Source: Sphagnum compactum (lineage: Eukaryota). From it: a DNA stretch of 64,000 nt. The stretch lies in contig OZ234493.1 in assembly GCA_965153455.1 (NCBI GenBank), positions 22,868,213 through 22,932,212 of the forward strand, written 5' to 3'. The notes under the pieces are model-generated. The model ran no database searches. It was not told where the DNA came from and saw nothing but the letters and a program-made list of their open reading frames with translations. A program made the translations under genes and the position numbers. Within the stretch, counting starts at the first letter, position 1; every line of letters starts with the position of its first letter. Positions 28,140 through 42,016 of this stretch are shown piece after piece.

Positions 28140-28461
28140 GAATCAAGGAAACCAACAAGGAGATTCAGGAAGAAGATGCAGCAGAATTCCCTAGAGATCT
28201 AACAAGATGGCCCCATGGAATCAAAGAAAGAAAACAACAAAAAGCTCCAGGAATATTCAGGAGAGATTCCAGAGATTCCACCTGGGTCTCCCCCACCCAC
28301 AATTGGAATCAGAAAAGGAAACGATAATTGGAGATTCAGGAATATCTATCCGACAGACAGACAGATTCAAGAGATCCTCCATCAAGGATCTATCTCCCCA
28401 TGGAATCAAAGAAAAACAAGAACGTAGGAGATTCAGGATGAAAGATCCAGCAGAGAGATTC
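28140..28461. promoter_or_regulatory. Dense GAATC/GATTC motif cluster plus GAATATTC upstream of the FSP1-like gene
   Basis: Eleven GAATC/GATTC pentamers in ~320 bp and the palindrome GAATATTC at 28251-28258, 370-700 bp upstream of ATG 28835. Confidence 0.35.
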
Positions 28462-28834
28462 CAGAGACCGATCACGATTAGAAATTTTCCTGCCTGCTGT
28501 TTGTGCACCTCTTCCCTCTCTGGCGAGAGCATGCGTCGAGGGGCATCATGAGATGCTCTCTCTCTCGCTCTAAACCTCCTCGTCGTCGCAAAAGAGGGGG
28601 GAAACGTGAAAGGCAACCGACGCGTCCAATGGGTCGGAGTAGTCCGTCCTACCCGCTTTCTCCATAATCAAATCCAGGAAGGCTCATCTCGATCTCTAAT
28701 GCTGTGCCCAAGAGGAGAAGCGGACGAGAGGACTCAGTAGGAGAGCCTGGAGCTAGCTCGCTCCCTGTTGCGTATGCTGCCGATACAGCAGGGGAAGAAG
28801 AAGAAGAAGAAGAAGAAGAAGAAGAGCGGAGACG

Positions 28835-30226
28835 ATGGAGGAGGGAAGGAAACGAGTCGTGGTTGTTGGTGGTGGTGTTGCCGGCAGTCTGACTTCCAAG
28901 CTTCTTGAAAATGCGGCTGATGTCACGCTTGTAGACCCGTACTCTCTCTCTTTCTCCGTGCACCCTTCTGTGCTTGTCATCACGATTGTATGTTTGTTCT
29001 GATTCCAATCATCAACCCAAGAAGCTCAGTAGGTTTCCTGGATCTCCCTAGCGTTTTCTTCAATTGTCAGCAGTTGCACAGTAGTTTTGAAAGCCAAAAC
29101 AAAAATGGAAAACAGTAACAGACAATGGAGAAGAACATCATTGATTATGAAGGAATTTTGTTTCAATACTCAGACCCTGAAGGTTATGAAAATTCCCAAG
29201 GGACGAGGAAGAAAAGATTTGGGCTGACCAGAGATCATCTTCTCTTCTATCACTTCTCTTTCTTCTTTTTTTATGCTTTTTGGGTTACACAAGCTCCCCC
29301 CCCACCCCCCACTGTCTTCCAATAGTTAGGACAAAAGCTCTCAAGGAGCTGGATCAGTCTTTCTCTTTTTTGAGTCACTGTTCTTTGTACCAGAAAGAAG
29401 CATATCCTCAAACCCAGTAGGCAGGCAATTGCTGTGTGTAAATCTCTCTGCATTCTTGTATTCTTCTTGCTTCTGCTCTTCTGATTTGTTACAGCCAATT
29501 TGCAACAACAATTTCCATTGAATGGGGGTGGGCAGAGCAATTAGGTTGCAAAAGATAAGTGATAGAAGAGAAGGTGCCCTTTGATCACCCCAAATCTTTT
29601 CTTCCTCTACCCTTGGGAGTTTCCATAACCCCTAGGGTCTGACAATCAAAACAAAAATCCTTTGTGATCACTGATGTTGTTCTTCTTCTCCATTTGTTTG
29701 TCGCTGGATACAATTTGTCAAATAGTTGTATTGTAGAAATTTGTTTAACCCTAATTCTTGGGAGGTGGTTGTTGCCAAGAGCACATGAATCTGAGCTTTT
29801 CAGGCTAGAGTTTGCTATTTTCTCCTGCTGTAAAAAAATAAATTCTTTCAACCCACTGCACCATTGCTTCATTACTCTCTCTGCTTTTCTCTTGGCTGAT
29901 AGTTTGGATTTTGGGATGGGGTGATGGAGGGGGGAAAAAAGGACAGAAAGGATTATTTTGAGGTGCCCTATGCAGCATTGAGGTGTTTAGTGGAGCCTGC
30001 TTTCTCAGAGCGCTCGGTGATGACTCATAGCTCATACTTGAAGAAGGCCAAGGTGGTGATTAGTACTGCCAAAATCGCATCATCAACTCAAATTATAACT
30101 GATGATGGAGAAATTGTTCCATACGATTTTCTGGTCATCTGTACAGGCAGCTCATACACAGGCCCCAAGACCAGACCTGAGCGAATTCAAGAGTATTGGA
30201 AAGGTGGGTGGACTTATAACAGAATG

Positions 30227-30264
<38 letters not shown>

Positions 30265-32953
30265 TGTAGCTCTCCCATATCCCACATTAAAAGCCACTTT
30301 TTGCTCCAAATTTGGCTCCACTTATTCTAGCTACTACATCATGGAGTTGCTAAATTAAGAGACAGTCTAGTAGTTGGAAAATTGGCAACTACTAAAATAG
30401 TTTCATGTATGATCAACATGTTTGCATTCTAAGGAATTTTCAGAGGCAAAAAATGGTGGTTTTCTCATGGATGGTAAGTCCAACCCAAGAATGGTTATAA
30501 GGCTAGAATTGTTTCCCAGAAGCTGATGAAAACTCCAATTTGGCTTTCATGGTAGAAAGAATAATAGACAGTGAGAACTTGAGGAGCTTCTATCCAGTAA
30601 ATACTTAGTTTAACATAAAAGCTCTTGAAACTTGGGGAGGTGAAATGACTTGGTGAACATATTGCTCACTGATCAAAAATAGATGGCACATGATAATCCC
30701 TGGATATTCCAGATGAAAATGTTGGAAATAAACATTCCAGAAATTGGAGATTAAACTGTATGATGCATTCAGCTGAGGCTTACACGGTTGACCTGCATGC
30801 ATGCAGCTAACAGCAAGGTGGTAGCTGCACGATCAATTCTGATCATGGGAGGTGGTCCTGTTGGGGTTGAGATGGCTGGTGAGATGGTGACTGACTTTCC
30901 TGACAAGAAGGTCAAAATTCACTTTCTCACCTTCTGATTAACCTGCTGTTTCTTTCCTTATTACTTCTTCTAACTTGCAGGTTGAAAAAGGTTTCGCTCA
31001 ACAGAAATATGGAGGTCCATATATATAGAGGTACGTTTGCAGGGGAAGAAGGTAGATAGATAGGGTTCATAGGTAAATCTGTAGATAGGTCTGAATGACT
31101 CAGACAGACACACAAATATTTTTATTATACAGATTTCATGCTAGTTGCTGAAATCCAACTCAACACTAAACTAATAGATTGAGAGAATCTGTGGAATACA
31201 AATGTAACTCTTTCCTTAAAACTTGTATATATTAATGGATTGAAGAATTTTGCAAGTATGAAGTTACAGGATGTATTCCAAGCTTTGGTTGATTGGGTTG
31301 GTTGGATGGTCTATGAAGGTGACCATAGTGACGGCAAGTAGTCGGTTGCTGACATTTCTTGGTTCTAAAGCATCCAATAAGTGTTTAAAGTGGTTCAAAT
31401 CCAAGAAAGTGGATGTCATCTTCAATGACAAGTGAGAGCGAATTTAGATTTCATACCCACCCATCTACCCATCTGTGCCTCCATTATTCATTAAAAAAAT
31501 GTTTGAGGTGATCACAGTGAAGTGTCCAAGTCTCAGAACTTGCTCATCATGTTCACCACAAATTCTGATCTGTGATCTATTTTGTTATTACATTTTCAAT
31601 TCAAATTTCTCATCATGCATTTAGTCATTTAGCAGCATTTGTCATGATTTACCACAAGGTTTTGTAATATTGTGACAATTGTTCTTCCCTCCATTGTGAC
31701 AAAATAGGGTAAACCCAGATAGCAAATCGGGTTCCACATATACCACAAATGCAGGCATGAAAATTGAAGCAGATATTCACTTTTGGTGTATTGGAAAGCG
31801 GTTGGGCAATACCTGGATAGAAGAATCAGACTTCTTTGAATATGTAAGGGATGGAGAAGGCCGCTTGAAGGTTGATGCTAACTTGCGGTTGCTGAATATG
31901 TCAAATATTTTTGCTGCTGGAGACATCACTGATATCCAGGTATCATTTATTCATCACAATATGCTCTCTGGTTATTTTTCCTAACAATAGACATGACCAC
32001 ACGTTTCACATTTGTATAGAGATCAATTGAAGCATTTTATGATATTCGCAATTTTCCTCTGTTATTGGAAAAATCTGTAGTGACAAGGATTGTGGAGGTT
32101 AATGTGTAGGGGAAGGGCAGTGCCAGAGGGCATTCCTCTCTTTGTCCTCCCACCCTCATTCCCTGCGCACATTCCCAGTTTCAAACAAGGAACACCGTCT
32201 AGGCTGCCCTTTCCCAATCTAAATAACCTGGGCACTGGGCATTTTGTTTTGCAAAACACCCCTGTGCAGGGCAGGCCAGTATGGTGGGCCCTCCTGCTCA
32301 TGAGAAATTACATTTCATAATTTCCTGCTTGGAGGACCTGCCTTACTGACCTGCCTATTACATGGTAATGTCCTGTGGGCACTACAACCCAACTGAACCA
32401 AGGTAGTCACTGCATCAGAACTAAGGTCAAGACCGAGGCAGGCCAGTACAGTGGGCAATTACACCTCGGCAGGGCATTACCCTATAACCCTACATGTAAA
32501 ACATTGACCTAATTTGAAAGGAACCTGTTGGAAGGACCTTACAGATTCATTAGTACCTCCCAGCTTGCTAGAAATGTCTGTGAAGGGAAGAACCTGCAAA
32601 ATACAAAGAAAAAATTAGGTCAATGTTTCACAAATAATATGAACAACACCTGGACACCAAATTCTTAAAACAGTAATGTTGTTTACTTACAGGAGATCAA
32701 ACAAGGATATTTAGCAGGGAAGCATGCAGGTGTTGTAGCAGAAAATATCAAGAAGCTAATCAAGGACCCAACCAGTACAAAACTGACACACTATGAGCCA
32801 ATGGTCAAGGCCATGGGCATTGTCAATCTAGGGCGCAAGACGGCAGTTGCCCAGCTTCCTTTTGGCACTTTTTTGGGCTGTCTTCCTGCCATGCTAAAAG
32901 GAAAGGACTTGTTTGTTGGAAGTGTCCGCAAGCAACTTGGCCTACCTAAATAA
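28835..32953 (+). CDS. FSP1: FSP1/AIFM2-like FAD/NAD(P)-binding oxidoreductase
   Basis: Exons 28835-28938, 29947-30203, 30807-30910, 31319-31431, 31708-31939 and 32693-32953 join in phase. Motifs RVVVVGGGVAG, DPKDYFE, YDFLVICTGS, ILIMGGGPVGVEMAGE, NIFAAGDITD, EIKQGYLA, LGRKTAVAQLPF and KGKDLFV. Confidence 0.92.
30970..31133 (-). mobile_element. Possible mini-Helitron in FSP1-like intron 3
   Basis: Minus strand begins A|TCTGTATAATAAAAATATTTGTGTGTCTGTCTG and ends with a GTTGA...TCAAC hairpin followed by TTAG. Confidence 0.35.
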
Positions 32954-34067
32954 GCAACTTCTGTTCTTCCTTCTTATCATGGCTTCTGCATGAAATGAGT
33001 CAAAATCTGCAGCCTACAAAAGCCAGAAATGTGTGATAAGTTAACAAATGGGAAAAGGCAGGCTGTTAAATTTGACCTGAGATTAACCTCATGGAAAACA
33101 GAAAATGAAGAGGTTACCATAGCCAATTTTTGTCAAATCACACAATGCAAAGAAAGATGGAAGCCTTCTCAAAAAGTCAATATTGCAAAGCCTGGGTCTT
33201 TTCTGGGTTCTAGAACATGCTATTCTTTTCCCCCAGCATTTCCATAATGTTTACATACCATTGAGCGGCCACAGGTCATGTGAAGCACCTGATTGCTGCC
33301 ATTATACTTGTCTTGAGACTCATTTCTGTCACAGTAGATGCACTGCAACAATCTTCAATTGGTATTACTGGTGAAAATAACAAATACTTGCATTTCACAA
33401 GTTTGCAATTCAATGCCTATTTCTTCACTTCAGAAAAACAACCATACCTCAACTTTGTAGGGACCATGGCATCATCAGTGGAATTTAGCCAGTTTTAATG
33501 CCAAAAAGATCTTGGCACAGATATCAGATTCACTACATGACCTTTCAATACCCACGATATTACATTCTAGTGCAATCAGTTGACAAAGGGTGCATGAAAT
33601 TATCAGAACAGCAGTGACCACAAATATTAATAGCAGTTTTGAAAGTTGAAAACATTGTGAAGATCTTGAGGTGCTGCCTATGACTGCACAGGTAGCCACC
33701 ACAAATCAGGTAAGTTTGATATTGGCAAATCATGTAGCATTTTCAAATATATAGAAATACTGGGGGTTATTAGATGCAGCCTGATCAATGTCAAGATCGA
33801 AGAACAATTGCAAGTCAAGACAACAAATAAACCTTCATACATGTTGAGAACTTCATCATACTTACAATTTATGTCAATCTATGTTCTGGCACCACAGAAA
33901 TTCTGGTCCAGGTGAGATGCACTCTTAAGCAATGAACTGAAGTTTAATCAACTAACCAATGACGCCCCATAATTTTTTTATCCTCCACAGCTACAAGACA
34001 CCAACTTCTGAGTTACCAACAATTTGAGTAGAGATGCAACTGTAACAATCTCAAGGATTTCCAACTT

Positions 34068-37022
34068 TCAATACGCTGTAAGTGAAGGTATCACCAAATC
34101 AGCATTCCACTTTGAAATAGCAATTAGCTCAGCATTTGGTCGATCATTATACCCCACCTGCCATCACAAAGAGAAAAGTAAAAGTATTATTAGGTGATAA
34201 TCTTTGGCCATCCACATGGAATTGACAGTGAATATCAGGTTCAGGCATCCCAAACAGTGTTCTATATTGGCAACACACTTCTGTATTAGAGAACAATCAG
34301 TTACAGGGAGCACTACAAGGTTGGAGCACTACAAGATAAGTGCAGACAGTCATGACCAAAGTCAGAAATAGGGAAATCTTACACGCCATTTAGCCACTTC
34401 AGATGTCTTTCCTGCATCCAGAACCATATTTCACTCCATATCAGTTCTCAACTGCAAACTGCTGATGAAAGCAACCAGAATCAAACCGATAAATTGCTTT
34501 AGGTCCCTGGAAGCTTTTGATACTGTACAAGTTTGCCCAACTCAAATTGGAGGCTCTTTTTGACCATATTCAGGAGATGCTTGACGACATAAAAGAAGTA
34601 TTTCTGCTGTGTCTCTTTCTGACATGTGCATCACTACTTTACATGTTTGAAACTGCAGAGCACTCATACTCCTAACAGGTTACTTGACATGCCTGTTGCA
34701 ATGTGCCTCTTCTCCACCCTGTTCATTGCCTCCTCAATGTCTATCTCTATAAACCTGCACCGTACTCAAGAATGTATGCATCACAAACATGTAACTTGTG
34801 TGTATTTCTTTTGAAGAAATCCCCTTTGAGCCATAATATCAAGAACCCTTATAGCCTTGAGCATGAGAGCATTTCCAAATAGCAATTAGCTCAATCTCAG
34901 CCTTTCCACAGATTTCAAGACCTTTATTGAGACAATCTTGAAATCTCCAAAACCTCCAGGAATTGAAGGATTAAGCTAGGTGCATGAATGGTACCATCGC
35001 TCATCAAAAATCGATTCCAGATCTTTCCAATCGCCTTCTGACAGCAGTAAATAGTTGCCCTCCACAACCACCACTTTATGCCTGCATGAAGAATAAAAAT
35101 TATAGAGCCTGCTCAAATTAATGTCGAACACCGAGGGATCATAGCTGAGTTTGACCTGTTCTTGAACATTGATTGCCTAAAGACAGTGCAAATGATGCAT
35201 ATGCTACAAAAGTTGAATTGAAATGTGGAAGCTAGCCAACACCACATCCTAGGCTAGATCTAGCTCTATATTCCACAGCACAAAAGAAATAACGCCTCCT
35301 ATTTCTAGCTGCATCTAAACAAAGAGGCACAGTGCAAGTCACAGCATGTTACAGCCACTTATAAACCAGTTAAGAACACGTGTACTGGATTAAAGGTCTT
35401 TTTCTCAACAGCAAATGGAGGCAGGTGATAAACATACTGGGGAGCTACATAAATGTCCTTCTCCACAGGGTCACCTACTCCATGGTCAAATGATGGCATA
35501 TACTCCCACCCCTGCATTCATGCCTGCTTCCTTTCAATAGCCTTGCAGGAATCTTGATAAACGAATATTGTACATATGGACACTGCTACAAGTTGAGACA
35601 AACCAATAGTATGAGCTCCATGTGATGGATAGGCCTGTTTTGGGATGGTGGGCCATCAAGGTTGATGAGGTAGATCACCTTCGCACCTGGATTCGTAAAT
35701 TTTCAAGGTGCTTCACAAGCATTGCTGGATTGAATGTCCATGGAGCTGCAGATCCACCACCATTGCACCTTCTTGAATTCAGTTCTTGAAGAATTCATAA
35801 CTCTGCTAATACACATCAGAACCACAAGATTCAAGCAGTTTTCCAACTCAGCCCTCCATGTGGTTTTCTCTGCTCTGTTTCTCCACTCCAAACCTATGGC
35901 TGACTCATTTTGTGCAAGACTTCTGTGTGTTCCATACCTACGTCACTTTCATCCTCTCAGCACTTCAATGTTCTTGCACAAACAGCATGAGAGGAAAGGT
36001 TTCGAAGTAGAAGAAAACTCAGAAACACAAAGGCCTGAACTCAAGAATTTGCACATTCATCGGCTGTGGTAACACCATTCTATCAATGCTGGTGAGTGGT
36101 GTTCCACATCAACTGCTTTAAGAATTCCACCTAAAGATGCACATTTTACTGACCTCCCCGGCGAGCATGTGCTTCAGTTGGGTCCTGCCAAGACAATGGG
36201 AATCAAACAGCCCCAGGTTATTCATTCTCTGTTTATTGTCATGACAAATTCCACACAACACATCCAGTCTGAAGAAAGAGATCTGACAGACCACTAATAC
36301 CAAGGAAGAGAAATATACTAGATGTGCATTCCTGCCTTTCTATGGTATGGTCATGAAATTAGATGTTGTCTTATGGTTTGATCATGATGGATCCCTTTAA
36401 AGTAGGTTGCCCACCTTTCACTATTCAAATTTGACCACATGACCTTTCTGAAATTTCCAATCAATACTAAAAGAAAATTGACTTCAAGAAAAATGAAGAG
36501 GATACAATTCAATCATAGTCTAAACCCTCAAAAATCAAGAGCTGGGCATGACAGATTGAGTTGAGCAACCTCCATAGCATCAAGCTGCCAGCGATAGAGG
36601 TGGAACCCATCCATTGGCACAGCTATAGCTATTTCTGCATATGTACCCAGCTCAGCTGAAGAAGCTTTCTCACTATGGGTCTCATGCCACAACATGTTCA
36701 ACCTCGCTACCACCTCTTGTGCCACAGTTGACTTGCCTGCCCCTGGAGGCCCTGCTATCCCTACAATATATCTGCACCCCTAGTATCAGTAGGTGCTCAA
36801 GAATTCTGTGGCAGCCAATAACATTCAACTTGGCTGTCTATACCTCTCATTGCATCAATGATTTGTCACTTGATTGTCTTCAGGAAGTGTAGCCTAGCTT
36901 GTATGGTTACAGGAGGTCTGACCAGATGACTGGCTGTGAGGTCTTACTTGCAACCTGGCTCACACATCAATGCTCCTGCCAGGAGGCGCTGTGCTAGGGC
37001 ATTGTATGTCTCCTCCATTGAG
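34068..37022 (-). CDS. P-loop kinase of the uridine/pantothenate kinase-like YFH7/YggC family (5' exons not resolved; probably extends to ~38.1-38.8 kb)
   Basis: Exons 37022-36948, 36771-36570, 36184-36154, 35745-35687, 35511-35438, 35081-34995, 34754-34693, 34411-34383 and 34157-34068 give IVGIAGPPGAGKST, PMDGFHL, AHARRGAPWTF, PSFDHGVGDP, VEGNYLLL, RHIATGK and YNDRPNAELI. Confidence 0.9.
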
Positions 37023-39086
37023 CTGTTCAAAGGTTTCCAGCCAATTAGCTCATTCTAAGCTGCCATTAACCAAAGCCCTGTCACCATTGAAGGATCACAG
37101 TTCCACTAGCTATTCATTATTTAGCAACAATTGATAATCGTGTGCAGAAGGAAGGTCTCAGGAAAGATAACACTTACCTTGAATGCAAGATATGAGGTTC
37201 CTCTTGAACACTGCAATGGCACTGCACCTTCCCATATATGCCCATTTGAATAATTCCCTCATACACCAGACAACTAATCTTCACCAGAATGCGGTGGATT
37301 TGGATGCAACCAGATCTAAGCATACAGCACACTAACACTGACAGACACATGTGAAAGGGATTGAACTGGTCATGACTCTAAATCCAAAAGCCTTCCTGGA
37401 AATGCTGCACAACCTGGTGATGGGAAGATTTTTGTCCTTGAGAGTGTGATAGCAAATCTAAAGCCAGTCTTCCTAAGTGCCCATTCCATATTAGCTTTCT
37501 TAGTGCAACATGATGTTGTGCTGCACTTGATATTGATAGCTCCCTCTGCCCTGCATACCAATCCACACATTCAGAACATCACTTACAAGAGGTTCATAAA
37601 AATAGGTCATTGTTGCTGATATTGGCCCCCCTGTCAGTGCAATTCTCTAAAGAACTAGATGTGGACAGGAAATGACTGAAAGCTCTCCTGATCCAGCACA
37701 AAATGCCTTTCCTTGGTACCTGAAGCACAAAAAAATTGTTGTTTGATATATGAGAGGAAGCACATTCAAACCTGGCCAACCAAAGGGTTCTACACAGGAA
37801 GCTTGAATTTGCTTGGTACTAGAATTGCCAACATAACCATGCTTGTATGCAGATGTACTAAGGTGACAACAAAACTTCATCATTGTTGCAAGTAAAAAGT
37901 AAGAGAAATGCTTGCTCCTGGCTCAGAGTACAACCCTAGAACAGTCAGCACTGTAGTCAAGATAGACCTCAGTTTCAAGTTTGGCATACCTAATGAAGGA
38001 AGTAACATTTGTGTTTCACTGCGATATGAGCACAGAGGAGCACGACTGCATGGTTGGTCACCAGCTTGCATTGCTAGCTCCCATCTAGAGAACAAACATC
38101 CCACTGGAATCATTACTTCCACTAAATGCAAATCTGCATTAGTTCAAGCTGTGACTGTCCCTGTCTACAGAAATCTAGGATGATGTGCAGGTTTACAAAT
38201 GAAGACGAAATCTAGATGATGATAACAGGCAGTCCATCAAATGCTATCACATGATGCAGGTTGGAACAATCCTTTCCCCCTTCCCGGCATGATCAGCTGC
38301 GATGGAGCATAATTCAACTTCTCATTGAAATTTCCCCACTTCAACCTTCTCACTCCCGCTTCAGCTTCGCCTGAGGAACAAGTCCCGGCAGGCTTTCAAC
38401 ATCCCGACGTTGTCGCCAGTACAATTCCGGTACGGATCAGTTGTGATGATCACCAAAAAAGTTCCTTTTGTGACTAAATTCCTCTTTTGTGAAATGGAGT
38501 ACGGATCTAAGAGAATCAACCACACCGCCCCCAAAAGATGCTGCATCCTCCTCTTATCCTCATCTCTACACACTCTCCCGCAAGAGCATAACACTAGACT
38601 AAATCTCACAAACTTCCAAACTAGTTGAAGAAGAAGAAGAAGAAGAAGAAGAAACAACTCTCTTTCCCACCCCCAAAAAAAGACACGGAATTTATGGAAA
38701 AAACACCAACCTGGAGATCAGACGAGGCTGCTGCGCAATCCACGCCATCCCGCAGCTTCTTCTTCCCAGCAATCCTGAAATCCTGCAACGAATTGATCGA
38801 TCGAGCGATCTAGGGCGGGTGTCGAGTCGTGCACCTCAGCTCACTCTGCAGACCCCGTGGTGCAAACAACGACCAAAAAACAACAGAGAACAAACAGCAA
38901 AGGAACCAACAGTGAACGGTCCAGAATGTTTTATCGTCCCGGGAAAGGAGACATTGGACGGTTCAGATCTTCCAAGACTACGATTGATAACGCAAGGAAG
39001 AAGGAACCTGAGACACGACAGAAACAATCTCATCCGTCTGGACGAGACAACACTATCATCTACGAACACCATCATCCAGAAGTACA

Positions 39087-39412
39087 AATTGGGAGGGATA
39101 TTATGCCTACTCGTCAAGGATGGGAAGGAAATTATTCCTACTTGTAGGTGTAAGAACCCTCCTACTATTGAGAGTAGGCATAAGAACCCTCCCATTATAT
39201 GCCTTGTGATCTACGGAGGTTTGGTTCATGATAAATTTTGCCTTGTGCGGAATGATAGATAAAGCCCATTGGTGGGGGACATTCCCAAAATGCGAGGCCA
39301 GACTCAGCTATTGCCTCATCATAGGCCCCTTATTTTTTGAATGCCCCCCACCCTCAAGCTTTATCTTACACTAAAGGTCTGGTGACACTTGGAGGTGGAC
39401 CTTCTTTTTGTT
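39087..39412 (+). repeat. ~325-bp direct repeat, copy 1, with internal inverted repeat
   Basis: Aligns with 42017-42339; a partial third copy lies at 41788-41820. Inverted repeat TTATGCCTACTC...GAGTAGGCATAA. Confidence 0.85.
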
Positions 39413-40467
39413 TTGCCCTAACTTTGTGAGAAGGGTACCAACCATTGAGATCACATCATTTTTCATAACTTCTCTTATTTTATGTCCACATCCATAGCAC
39501 TATGTCAATGATATCTTGGCAACGCACTAGTGCGGTCACAATTGTACTCCAAAGGTCTATTCCTTTTCACACAATTTTTCATCAATGTCAACATCTCTTC
39601 CTCAATGGATCTTTGTGTTTCTCTATTTTTTTCATCGTTGTTGCTACAAAGTTCGATTCTTTGTCAATATCGACGTTGCCTCCTCAATGGATCTTTGTGT
39701 CTCTCTATTTTTTTTCATGGTTGTCACTACAAAGTTCGACTCTTGACAAGCATCACCTCCTCAATTCTTCATCAATTTTTCTTTGAGTTTTTTTATTTGA
39801 TTTGCATTGTGTTTATTTTTCATCGCTTGTAATCATTTTTTGTCATTGTTGTTTTTACTCTCTTTAATGTTGCAAATGTTTGTTTATCTTTGTGTTATCA
39901 TAAATTTGTGTTGAAGCTTCAAATATTTTCAACAATTTGTGGTTTAAAATTCTTTTTGATGAACTTATTTCATCACCTTATCATTGGATTCTATGCAACT
40001 CTTCTTTTCATCATTGTCCCTTGGTGAATGCAAACTTTTTGTTTCTTTCCAAAAAAATTTCTTTTTATTCTTTTTTTTTGTATTCTAATGATTTTTTTTT
40101 ATACGCATTATGTTATTTGTCATCGTCATTTTTATTTTTCTGGGGTAGTTCATTTTTGTCATTTTTCACATGTTGTTTGTAGCTCATCTTTTCAATTTCA
40201 ACTCAATACGGATAATGAGCAATTTGTGATCGCAATGGGCACAATCTTCTTCCTCACATAATGTTGCAACTTAGTTGGGAAAGAACCCAATCATTTTCAT
40301 CAATTTTTCTTTCAACTTCCAACATTGACAATGTGATGATTTTTCAAACTTTGATTACAACTTTTGTTTTGCACCTTTTGTAGTTGTCTTGCAACTTAAA
40401 TTTAATAGGTTTTTATCTTAATTATTGGGTGAAGCAACATAGCACAATTTGATTTTTTATTTTTGAA

Positions 40468-40665
40468 TTGATAGAGTATGATGGTAATCATTGAATTCAA
40501 ACTTTTCAAATGTCAAAAGAAACCCTCTTTGACATAGCCAACAAGTTGAGACCATTAATTGCCAACTCTTGTGGAAATTAAGGTGACTTATGTAATTTAC
40601 AATCCTTTTCATGGCTCAAACTTGTTAACATGTAATGAGTTATTTGCAATAGACATCAACTATTG
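40468..40665 (+). mobile_element. PIF/Harbinger transposase remnant
   Basis: Reads LIEYDGNH*IQTFQMSKETLFDIANKLRPLIA...IKVTYVIY..HGSNLLTCNELFAI, matching the Harbinger N-terminal FRMS and HTH region. Confidence 0.6.
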
Positions 40666-42016
40666 GGTTTTAATAAAAACAACAACAATCAAGTTTACAA
40701 ATTTATCTCACAATTCAACATAACCCAATTTGATATGTCCATCAACGATTTTACAAGTATCATCACTTGTCAATTTCCAATTACATCTAATTATCTCTAT
40801 TGTTTGTGCTTTTGTTTTGTCAAATTTCAATTACATCACATCTTTGCTAGGACCATGAATCTATTGTTCATGTTTATGTTATGAATTGAGAAAATTTGAT
40901 CTAAGTTTTTTTCCAACTCAATATAATCATGCAATATGTGCATCAACAAGGATACAAGTACGATCAATTATCAAACTTCTGATTGCATCATCATATTTCT
41001 ATTGTTTATGAGTCCATTTTGTCAAGTTTTAATTATATCATAACTTTGTTGGTCATCTTCAATTTGTTTTCTCAAATTTCAATTGCATCTTATTTCTACA
41101 TATTATGTGTGAATGTGAATGCTACAAGGGACAACAAGAAAAATCACATAATGTCACACCACATACAACTAGCAATACACAACAATGGAGAGTTGAACAA
41201 GTTGTTTAGGATGTTACTATTACCAACGGTGATCTAATACCCAACATCCACACCACATGTTGCCTAAAAAATATAGCAAAGATGGTAAGGGTGAGGTGGG
41301 TAGCAACAATTCCTCAAAAAATTAGTCTAATCAAATGCTTAATTGAATTATTATAAATAGTGCATTTTTTGAAAATGGATTTTTTATTGCATGTCATTAA
41401 AAAAAAACTCATATTTGCAAGTTCAAATTGCAATTAAAATCTAGTTGTAAATCATTCACGTAGTTGATTTTCCCATTAATTGCATAAATTTAATCGCAAC
41501 CAACATGTAATCACAAATATGATATAAATTATAATATCAACACAATGTACGTGGATGAGGTATATAGTCAACCATATATTTTGACCATATATGTTTTTGC
41601 AACTAATTATCACAATGTGCAACTTCCATAATAATCAATTACGCATTACCACATCCATTATGGATGTCCATAATTTGTGCATTTTAACAAAATTAAAACT
41701 AAAAATAAATTTTTTGATCTCCATCATCCATTATGGATGCATTGATATTGATACACATGGTTAATAAATTTTTGTTACACGGCATAATTATGCCTACTCC
41801 TCAAGGATGAGAAGGAAATTATATAAATAATCAATAAACGTACATCTAATTCTTGCATGCAATTAGCTATTACTTACACATTGATTGTTAGAACCTTGTC
41901 TGTAATTAGCTATTACACATTGATTGACAGTTCACTCAAGATGACGAAAAGCACTTCGAGACAATTTCTAGTGTATGTGGAGGACACCTCATATCCCTCA
42001 ATTTCCCTCCTAAAAA

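Noticed and set aside
32104-32635. MITE-like inverted repeats in the last FSP1-like intron
   Set aside because: TIRs are imperfect and no TSD was found, so boundaries cannot be defended.
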